IMG/VR virus record: IMGVR_UViG_3300046694_000196
Location: 32,001 to 96,000 of that record
DNA: 64,000 nucleotides
Direction: 5' to 3' (one strand)
DNA from: a virus
Shown here: in pieces, positions 53,595 to 60,419 of the stretch
How positions within the stretch are numbered: the first letter of the stretch is position 1
Layout of the letters: each line of letters begins with the position of its first letter
The notes under the pieces: model-generated
What the model was told of the DNA's origin: nothing
The model's input: only the letters and a program-made list of their open reading frames with translations
Databases searched by the model: none
Program-made: the position numbers and the translations under genes

Positions 53595-53882
53595 ATGGAG
53601 ACGAAGATGGAAGACGACGGCAACATAGGTCTGTTGAAGACCGAGCTCGTGAAGGTGATCACCGCGTACGAGAAATCGATCGCGGACTACATCGAAGAGA
53701 ACGGCGTCCCGAAATACCTGACCGCAGACGAGGTGAGTGCTTACCAGTTCAGCGTTGACCGCGACGGGGTGCCCTACGCGGCCGGCCACGCCGAGGACAC
53801 GTACGGCTCGGGATACGACAACGGGCTGACAGAGGGCGAGGCCATGCTGGCCTACCGACTCCTGGACATCCTCGGAGAGTAG
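53595..53882 (+). CDS. acidic hypothetical protein
   Basis: 95 aa. Confidence 0.65.
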   Translation: METKMEDDGNIGLLKTELVKVITAYEKSIADYIEENGVPKYLTADEVSAYQFSVDRDGVPYAAGHAEDTYGSGYDNGLTEGEAMLAYRLLDILGE

Positions 53883-53946
53883 AGTGCTGCTCTTCCTGGT
53901 AATAGTGGCCTTCATACTCATCGCGTCCCATAAATACGACGAATAA

Positions 53947-54017
53947 CAGTCTAGATTAGCTGGTGCTTTTCCGCGGTCCGGAGCCGTAGAGGCGTGGTTC
54001 GATCCCACGTAGACTGA
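53947..54017 (+). ncRNA. tRNA-like RNA with acceptor and T-arm but non-canonical body
   Basis: CAGTCTA/TAGACTG, CGTGG-TTCGATC-CCACG; no 7-nt anticodon loop; CATAAATA upstream. Confidence 0.5.
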
Positions 54018-54092
54018 GGGCTGCAAGTCAAATGGCGCGACGCCTGCACGACACGCAGTAGACAGGAGGTTCGATTCCTCCGCAGCCCACCA
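54018..54092 (+). tRNA. tRNA-Val(GAC)
   Basis: GGGCTGC/GCAGCCC, loop ACGACAC, GGAGG-TTCGATT-CCTCC, CCA. Confidence 0.82.
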
Positions 54093-54098
54093 ATACCT

Positions 54099-54172
54099 GC
54101 CCGGTTCGTTCAATGGTAGGACACCGTCTTTACATGGCGAGGACAACAGTTCGATTCTGTTACTGGGTACCA
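54099..54172 (+). tRNA. tRNA-Val(TAC)
   Basis: GCCCGGT/ACTGGGT, loop TTTACAT, CCA. Confidence 0.85.
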
Positions 54173-54177
54173 AAACT

Positions 54178-54330
54178 ATGACAGACCTGTTCCGGTACAA
54201 GATAGGTAAGCTGACTGCCCAGAGAGACGGCGCAGAAGCAGCGGGAGAATACGGTGAGGCTCTTCGCCTGACGGACGAGATCTTGCAGGTCATCGCGAGA
54301 CAGAAGAAGATGCTCAGCATTGGGAAATAG
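54178..54330 (+). CDS. small hypothetical protein (50 aa, not in ORF track)
   Basis: MTDLFRYKIGKL...; lies between tRNAs, stop inside tRNA-Gln. Confidence 0.45.
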   Translation: MTDLFRYKIGKLTAQRDGAEAAGEYGEALRLTDEILQVIARQKKMLSIGK

Positions 54331-54395
54331 TCTAATGGTAGGACGCCTCATTCTGAGTGAGGATGGTGTACGTTCGAGTCGTACTTTCCCAGCCA
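54321..54395 (+). tRNA. tRNA-Gln(CTG)
   Basis: TGGGAAA/TTTCCCA, CCTCA-TTCTGAG-TGAGG, CCA. Confidence 0.9.
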
Positions 54396-54400
54396 AATTT

Positions 54401-54487
54401 GGAAGGTGAAGCAGCCAGGTGGCTGCGTCGGTTTGCTAAACCTGACGGACCTCACGGTCTGCGTTTCGAGTACGCCGCCTTCCTCCA
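54401..54487 (+). tRNA. tRNA-Ser(GCT)
   Basis: GGAAGGT/GCCTTCC, loop TTGCTAA, long variable arm, CCA. Confidence 0.85.
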
Positions 54488-54497
54488 CGCATTCGAG

Positions 54498-54520
54498 AAA
54501 GGGGCCTTCGGGCTCCTTTT
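54498..54520 (+). terminator. rho-independent terminator
   Basis: GGGGCC-TTCG-GGCTCC-TTTT. Confidence 0.85.
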
Positions 54521-54523
54521 CTT

Positions 54524-54553
54524 GTTTACACGGCATCGAGAATGTGTTATACT
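54524..54553 (+). promoter_or_regulatory. early promoter
   Basis: GTTTACA-N17-TATACT. Confidence 0.8.
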
Positions 54554-54577
54554 CTATCAAGTAACACAGGAGCGGAC

Positions 54578-54838
54578 ATGGACCTCATTCGTAACGGACC
54601 CGGCGACTACGACCTCTCCACGAACGGCGTGGTGACGCACAAGATCGCGTCGATCAGGGTACCCGCTGCTGCCGGCACGCAGTACAGGAACGGTGCGAGG
54701 CCGACCCACGTCACCAAGTGGGTGTTCCGCGCGGTGAACGGCACCTACGAGAAGTGCCAGAAGTTCGCCTCGCTAGACGACCTGCTGAGCGTGGCCTTCC
54801 CGGCGCGGGTCATCAAGCTCACGCGGATGACGACATGA
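54578..54838 (+). CDS. hypothetical protein
   Basis: AGGAG RBS; 86 aa. Confidence 0.7.
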   Translation: MDLIRNGPGDYDLSTNGVVTHKIASIRVPAAAGTQYRNGARPTHVTKWVFRAVNGTYEKCQKFASLDDLLSVAFPARVIKLTRMTT

Positions 54839-55038
54839 CCCTCGAAGAGAAATTACGATCAGCACGCGCGAAGCTCCGAGAATTGCAGGTCACCCTCAAC
54901 TACATCCACTCGTTCGGCGCTGCCACTGAGTGGCGCGAGCCTGGCCTGTTGAAAGAGCTGCGCGAGTTTGTAGAGAAGTGGCGCCGCGCTGCCGTAGACT
55001 ACAACCGGTTGGAACGAGAGTTCCTGGAGTCACTGTGA
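54835..55038 (+). CDS. hypothetical coiled-coil protein
   Basis: 67 aa. Confidence 0.65.
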   Translation: MTLEEKLRSARAKLRELQVTLNYIHSFGAATEWREPGLLKELREFVEKWRRAAVDYNRLEREFLESL

Positions 55039-55286
55039 TGAACACGCTGAGACAGGTAATTCGGGGGTGCGGCTACTTACCTCACGTCGGTGAGCATCCC
55101 GGCACGATCCCGCTGGTCGTCTTGACTGTGATGATCACTGCCGCCGTAGGAGTCTTCGGACCGATCGGCATAGCGGCCGGTTTCATCATTTCTGTGGCTT
55201 TCAACGGCGCGCTGTACCTCCGCGGCGCATACGAGCGTGCAGAGTTGAGTGACTCGATAGAAAAGAGGACGACTCGCTATGAGTAA
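55038..55286 (+). CDS. membrane protein
   Basis: two TM segments. Confidence 0.65.
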   Translation: MNTLRQVIRGCGYLPHVGEHPGTIPLVVLTVMITAAVGVFGPIGIAAGFIISVAFNGALYLRGAYERAELSDSIEKRTTRYE

Positions 55287-55587
55287 GCACCTCTTTGAGA
55301 TCTACGTGCCAACCCAGAAGAACTGCGGCAAGCCCATCAGGACTCGCCAGCACAGGGAGTGGGACCGTCGCGTGAGGAAGATCACGGGCGGGCTGACCGT
55401 GTACAAGCCCGTGAAGGGCCAGTGGGTCGACAAGTCCGACGACAGGCTCTACGCGGAGAGGATGATACCCGTGAGGGTGGTCGCGACCGACCAGGAGATG
55501 CGCTGCATCGCGGACCTCACCAAGAAGTTCTACGAGCAGATAACGGTGCTCTACTACAAGCTGTCGTCGGAGGTTCACTTCGCATGA
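55279..55587 (+). CDS. conserved phage hypothetical protein
   Basis: LFEIYVPT...HREWD...ITGGLTV...ERMIPVRV. Confidence 0.8.
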   Translation: MSKHLFEIYVPTQKNCGKPIRTRQHREWDRRVRKITGGLTVYKPVKGQWVDKSDDRLYAERMIPVRVVATDQEMRCIADLTKKFYEQITVLYYKLSSEVHFA

Positions 55588-55898
55588 GTATATGGAAAGA
55601 AGAGTGGCCGGTCAAGAAGTCTAGTTCCTTGAAGAGGCTGCTGTGCCTCCTAGGGAAACACCACTGGGTACAGGGAAAGCACCGAAAGACCGGCTCCGTG
55701 GTCGCTCACCTCATCTTTCCCGTACACGAGATGGAAGCAGACTACCGGTGCAAGCACTGCCTCAAGGATACAGTCAAGTCCGGGCTGTCGTCAAGTCCGC
55801 TGCGCGCCTTCTCACCCAGAGACTTCCCGATCGATCCGGTTGACGGATGGCCGCTTGACTCTGAAGGCAACCGACTACCATTCAAGAGGAAGACATGA
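55584..55898 (+). CDS. hypothetical protein
   Basis: LLCLLGKHHW...CKHC. Confidence 0.65.
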   Translation: MSIWKEEWPVKKSSSLKRLLCLLGKHHWVQGKHRKTGSVVAHLIFPVHEMEADYRCKHCLKDTVKSGLSSSPLRAFSPRDFPIDPVDGWPLDSEGNRLPFKRKT

Positions 55899-56068
55899 GA
55901 GACCTGTTCAAGGAAATCGCTTTCGACACGCTGGTACACTCCGCGATCTTCGCGGTGGTGTTCGGGCTGGCTTACTTTCTGCAGGTGCACGGTTTGTGGC
56001 TGTTCATCGGATTGTGGATGCTCGCGTCAGGGACGTACAGCGGCTACGGGAAATGGGCAGGCCGATGA
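55895..56068 (+). CDS. small membrane protein (57 aa, not in ORF track)
   Basis: two TM segments; ATGA overlaps at both ends. Confidence 0.6.
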   Translation: MRDLFKEIAFDTLVHSAIFAVVFGLAYFLQVHGLWLFIGLWMLASGTYSGYGKWAGR

Positions 56069-56226
56069 CCGAGAAAGAATACCGCGTCAAGTCGGCGTAC
56101 GACGGGTGCTACTACGTGCAGCACCGAAAGGCATTCCTGGGTCTCTCCTTCTGGTGGACTCTCGGGATAGCGAGAGACACTGAAGAGATCAAGGCCCTGG
56201 TCGAGCACCACCGCACGAGACTGTAG
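56065..56226 (+). CDS. hypothetical protein
   Basis: 53 aa. Confidence 0.6.
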   Translation: MTEKEYRVKSAYDGCYYVQHRKAFLGLSFWWTLGIARDTEEIKALVEHHRTRL

Positions 56227-56236
56227 GAGGAATGAC

Positions 56237-56890
56237 ATGACGCTGCCGAATTTTCGAGTACGCGAAGACATCATCGACGGCCTCGGGCCGTGGCACTGGC
56301 CGATCGAAGACTCGGGCGCATGGGACGGCCCCGTTGATGACTGGGTGACGTCCCACCGGGCTATCATCGAGGCCCTGCCGAACCGTCGCGGGTGCGTCCA
56401 GGCGGGCGGCAACTGCGGCCTCTACCCGGCGCTGCTGTCGAAGATGTTCGAGCGAGTGTACACCCTCGAGCCCGACTCTGACAACTTCAAGTTCCTGACG
56501 CACAACGTCGAGGCGCACTCCGGCGACAACGTCTTCTACCGCGAGGGCGCGGTCGGTGACTCGTCCAAGAAAGTCGGACTGCGCCGGCTGACTCCCCACA
56601 ACGTCGGGATGCACCAGGTAGTGGACGTGCCCGACGGGGACATCGAGATGCACGCCATCGACGACCTGCTGTCCCTAGAGGACGGGCCGATCGACCTGAT
56701 ATGGCTGGACATCGAGGGCGGCGAGTACCTGGCACTGCTGGGCGCCATGGAGACGATCAAGACCTGGCTCCCCGTCATCGGGGTCGAGCGGGCGTCACAG
56801 TCGATACGAGACCTGCTGCGTCCCCTGGGCTACAGGGAGTACGCGGAGTCCAAGATGGACACTTTCTTCAAGATAGGAGACCTGACGTGA
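56237..56890 (+). CDS. FkbM-family SAM-dependent methyltransferase
   Basis: VQAGGNCGLYP, TLEPD, IDDL, IWLDIEG.E. Confidence 0.88.
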   Translation: MTLPNFRVREDIIDGLGPWHWPIEDSGAWDGPVDDWVTSHRAIIEALPNRRGCVQAGGNCGLYPALLSKMFERVYTLEPDSDNFKFLTHNVEAHSGDNVFYREGAVGDSSKKVGLRRLTPHNVGMHQVVDVPDGDIEMHAIDDLLSLEDGPIDLIWLDIEGGEYLALLGAMETIKTWLPVIGVERASQSIRDLLRPLGYREYAESKMDTFFKIGDLT

Positions 56891-57363
56891 CTTTCACCGT
56901 GAAGAGAGACTCGTGGCATTACAGGTGGCTCCTGTGGTACTCCGCCACGCGAGACATCGACTACTACGACGCACAGGACCTCGTAAGCCTCAATGCAGTC
57001 GAGAAAAATTTCATGATCTTTGACCGACTGCCCACAGACTTCTGTGCTTACTGGCGTCGGGTCCTCCTGTGGCCGGCGATCCGGATCGGGCTTAACCTGC
57101 TATGCTACGTCCCGCTCGGCGTCGCGATCGCAGTCACGGGCGTGTCTGGCCTGGCCGGTCTAGGATGGGTCCTGGCATCGGCCGTCACTCTGGGCCTGTT
57201 CGGCCTGGTGCTGGGCGCCGGCATGTGGGCGATCGACGCGGTAAAGAAGAAATTCACCCGCAAGACTGCCCGGAACGGGGACGAGTTCATCGCCCACGTC
57301 GCAGAATCGATGCACGGCAAGTTCTGCTCTCGCGTCGAGTACGAGGAAAAGTCCGATGCGTAA
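56887..57363 (+). CDS. membrane protein
   Basis: SWHYRWL, FCAYWR, TM segments. Confidence 0.7.
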   Translation: MTFTVKRDSWHYRWLLWYSATRDIDYYDAQDLVSLNAVEKNFMIFDRLPTDFCAYWRRVLLWPAIRIGLNLLCYVPLGVAIAVTGVSGLAGLGWVLASAVTLGLFGLVLGAGMWAIDAVKKKFTRKTARNGDEFIAHVAESMHGKFCSRVEYEEKSDA

Positions 57364-57610
57364 GACACTCAACGTTCTCAACCTGCTGTTCTTCAGCTTC
57401 GAGACCAAGGCGATCGTCGGCTTCATCACGTTCCTGTACGTCTTGTTCGCGATGGGCGGCGCTGTCACCCTGGGACGCACGACGACGGGTTACACTACTA
57501 AGACGATGGCGTGCTTCCTCCCACCGAAGAAAGCCACAGACGTCCCGCAGGACGAGCTCCTCAACGAGACCTGGACCTGTGACGTGAGGGAGAAGAAAGT
57601 TGACTTCTAA
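57356..57610 (+). CDS. membrane protein
   Basis: TM segment, C...C pair. Confidence 0.65.
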   Translation: MRKTLNVLNLLFFSFETKAIVGFITFLYVLFAMGGAVTLGRTTTGYTTKTMACFLPPKKATDVPQDELLNETWTCDVREKKVDF

Positions 57611-57932
57611 GCCAGTACCGTTCAAGGGAGAACTCTGTCACGTCCGCAGTTCCGTGCGGCCCGCCGAGCTGGGATACGTCACCGAGCGGACCACTACCAC
57701 CGTCACGGTCCAGTTTCGCGGGGGCGTGATCGGGAAGTACGACATCGCGAAGAACGAGTTCACGCGGGTCAACGTCTTTCCAGGTGAGGACTGGTACGGG
57801 CTCACGATCGACGAGCGGATAGACGCGGTCGACAAGAACCTGTACACCGCCGCGCGGTCACCGTCTAGAGCGCCGTGCTCGTCACGGGAGCCTCACGACG
57901 TCCGAGAGTGGCTCGACGGGCTGGAGGACTGA
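57600..57932 (+). CDS. hypothetical protein
   Basis: 110 aa. Confidence 0.6.
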   Translation: MTSKPVPFKGELCHVRSSVRPAELGYVTERTTTTVTVQFRGGVIGKYDIAKNEFTRVNVFPGEDWYGLTIDERIDAVDKNLYTAARSPSRAPCSSREPHDVREWLDGLED

Positions 57933-57933
57933 G

Positions 57934-58293
57934 ATGAAGCCGTGGTCACACGCGAGGGCGTCTGCCAAGAGGTACGGCGGCAGGCCCGAAGATTACGTGG
58001 CTGTCCATGACTGGTTTGATAGCACCAAGTCAGCCTACGCCGATACTCGTCACCGGGCCATCTTACACAACACTTTTGGTATCTTCCTGGCCGAGCAGCT
58101 CTTTGGTCACGTGATCGTGAACAGTGACGGCAAGGAAGTTCACGTGAGGAACATCGCAGAGGACCATGTAGTGGAAGACTGCGGGTTCATACCGACGATC
58201 GAGAAGTGGCTAGAGGGCATTCCGACTGAAGACTGGATGCGTGGCCGCGGCATGAAGAAACGACTCAACGAGCTGGGGATAGAGTATGACTAA
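57934..58293 (+). CDS. DUF6915-like His-rich protein
   Basis: HARASAKRYGG.PEDY..HDWFD.TK...RHRAILH...HVVEDCG.IP. Confidence 0.75.
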   Translation: MKPWSHARASAKRYGGRPEDYVAVHDWFDSTKSAYADTRHRAILHNTFGIFLAEQLFGHVIVNSDGKEVHVRNIAEDHVVEDCGFIPTIEKWLEGIPTEDWMRGRGMKKRLNELGIEYD

Positions 58294-58813
58294 AGTCGAC
58301 AAGAGCGCATTCAAGAAAACCTATGATAACCTGCAGAAAGAGATAGCTTCTCTACAGGAACGGGTGAAGATCGAGAGCCAGAAAATGGTCGATGGTGTCT
58401 TCGCGAAATTTCTGGAAGACAACCCTAAAGTTCACGGAGTGGGTTGGACACAGTACACTCCGAGCTGGAATGACGGCGAGGAGTGTTACTTCTCTGTCAA
58501 CGAGCTCCATTACTACTTCAGTCAGGACTCGTGGGAAGACATCGGTCCTCACGAGGGTGACGACGAGATCACGTACTACCTGAAGTACGCAAAGGGTCAA
58601 GAGCTCATTGATGACACCGCGAAGGCGAAAGCTTCACTGGAAGAATTCGGTCTCGACCTAGACTCTGTGAAAACCGTCAATGATGACTTCAATGCCCTGA
58701 GGGAGACGATAGCGTCGATCGACGACTCCTACATGGAGATGATCTTTGGCAACCACGTCAAGGTTTACTACACCCGCGACGGCTTCGAGGTCGAAGAGCA
58801 CTCGCATGACTGA
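58286..58813 (+). CDS. acidic partner protein of the DUF6915-like gene
   Basis: WTQYTPSWNDGEECYFSV; coupled to upstream gene. Confidence 0.75.
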   Translation: MTKVDKSAFKKTYDNLQKEIASLQERVKIESQKMVDGVFAKFLEDNPKVHGVGWTQYTPSWNDGEECYFSVNELHYYFSQDSWEDIGPHEGDDEITYYLKYAKGQELIDDTAKAKASLEEFGLDLDSVKTVNDDFNALRETIASIDDSYMEMIFGNHVKVYYTRDGFEVEEHSHD

Positions 58814-59015
58814 CGTGACGACCGGGGACTTCGTGGTGCTAGACCCGGAGTCCCGTTTCTTTGACGAGTACCTCCCGGAACTGGGCACAGACTCGCTGCG
58901 AGTGTACAGGGTGCGGTACGAGTACAGCCCGTGGGTCTCAGGCGAGGTGTGCGAGTACCAACTGTGGAGAGGCTTCTGGAGGGCAGAGGCGTTTAGGAAG
59001 GTGACAGATGAGTGA
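58806..59015 (+). CDS. hypothetical protein
   Basis: 69 aa. Confidence 0.6.
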   Translation: MTDVTTGDFVVLDPESRFFDEYLPELGTDSLRVYRVRYEYSPWVSGEVCEYQLWRGFWRAEAFRKVTDE

Positions 59016-59580
59016 AGAACTGAGGATAACGCTAGCCGACTACAATGACGACCTGGTCGCCGAGTGGAAGAAGGCTACGCACTACGACTTCCACCATGGT
59101 GACATCTTTGAGCTGTCGGGTGACGCCATAGTCTCGCCGGCGAACTCTTTCGGGTTCATGGACGGCGGCATAGACCTGGTCTACGTGCACAGGTTCGGGA
59201 AGCGGGTCGAGAAGGCCCTGCAGGACAAGATCAAGGGGCTGCCGTTCCAGGAGCTGCTTGTGGGACAGGCCGTCACGGTCCCCACGGGAGACGAGAAGTT
59301 CCCGCACATGATCTCGGCCCCGACTATGCGGGTGCCCATGCAGATCACAGACCCCAACGCGGTGCGCCTCGCCATGAGGGCCGCTGTGTGGCAGGCCGAG
59401 CTCCAAGGACTCGACAGCATAGTGACTCCCGGACTCGGCACACTGACCGGGATGATGCGTCCGGACTGGGCCGTCGCGATGATGCTGGCCGGCATCGACG
59501 ACGCGCTATATCAGCCGCCGTTCCCTTCGTCGGTCCGCGAAGCGGTCGACAGGACAGTAGCCGCTTACGTGAAGGCTTAG
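59008..59580 (+). CDS. macrodomain (ADP-ribose binding/hydrolase) protein
   Basis: HGDIF, DAIVSPANSFGFMDGGID, APTMRVP, PGLGT. Confidence 0.92.
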   Translation: MSEELRITLADYNDDLVAEWKKATHYDFHHGDIFELSGDAIVSPANSFGFMDGGIDLVYVHRFGKRVEKALQDKIKGLPFQELLVGQAVTVPTGDEKFPHMISAPTMRVPMQITDPNAVRLAMRAAVWQAELQGLDSIVTPGLGTLTGMMRPDWAVAMMLAGIDDALYQPPFPSSVREAVDRTVAAYVKA

Positions 59581-60419
59581 ACTCGTCCGCGGTTGAGCGT
59601 GAGTGCGTAACCGGCGGCGTTCACCTTCTGGAGCTCGTCGTCGTTGAGGTACCTGTTGTAGACAGCGAGGGAGTCGATAGTTATGATTCCCGTCCTGGTG
59701 TTCTGGTGGATCGCACCGGCCCGTACAGGGATAGAAGACACGAAGACTGAGCTGCTGTTAGTGGCCATGGCCACTGCGTTAGCCGTCCAGCCCGCGCGGG
59801 TCGAGCGACCCGTAGCGCCGTCGAAGTCCATGACTGAGAAGTTACCGGCGCCGTCGTGTCTGAGGAAAGACGTGCGCGTGTAGCCCCACCTAGCGGTCCA
59901 GGGCTTCATGGTCTGCCCCGCTGAGACCTGGGTGCCGTTCTGGTAGTAGACGCCGTAGGCCCCGTGCAGGTCTCCTACCGCGTGGGGCTGGCCTGCTGTC
60001 TCCAACCCGTTGAACCACCAGGTGCCGCGCGAGAAGCTGTCGCCGAACGCGAAGAGACCCATCGAGGTGCTGTTGTTGGCCACGTTGGCGGTGGCTCCGG
60101 TGAGGGCTATGGTCCACGCGCTCACGATGTTGGCGGAGGGGCCCGTGAGTGCTTTCCACCCCTTCATGACGATGCCGCCGTTGGCCGAGGCCGAAGTGGT
60201 GGAGTTGTTGCTGTCTGAGGGCAGCCCCTCGAAGTTGTACACCTGACCAGTTACGGTGTCCGCGGTGCCGTTCGTGAAGTCTGTCTCGGAGAACTTGAAG
60301 AGGTTAGACAGGCCGAACGACGGGAAGTTGTCGGACGTCCGGAGGGGGACCAAACGAGTACCCGCGCCGTTGTTGGGCGCTGGGACCAGGGTCTTTTCTA
60401 CTAGTGTGGTGTTGGCCAT
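59577..60419 (-). CDS. LamG/ConA-like lectin-domain virion protein
   Basis: beta-rich G/S/T/N composition, C-terminal IDSLAVYNRYLNDDEL. Confidence 0.6.
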   Translation of the reverse strand: MANTTLVEKTLVPAPNNGAGTRLVPLRTSDNFPSFGLSNLFKFSETDFTNGTADTVTGQVYNFEGLPSDSNNSTTSASANGGIVMKGWKALTGPSANIVSAWTIALTGATANVANNSTSMGLFAFGDSFSRGTWWFNGLETAGQPHAVGDLHGAYGVYYQNGTQVSAGQTMKPWTARWGYTRTSFLRHDGAGNFSVMDFDGATGRSTRAGWTANAVAMATNSSSVFVSSIPVRAGAIHQNTRTGIITIDSLAVYNRYLNDDELQKVNAAGYALTLNRGRV

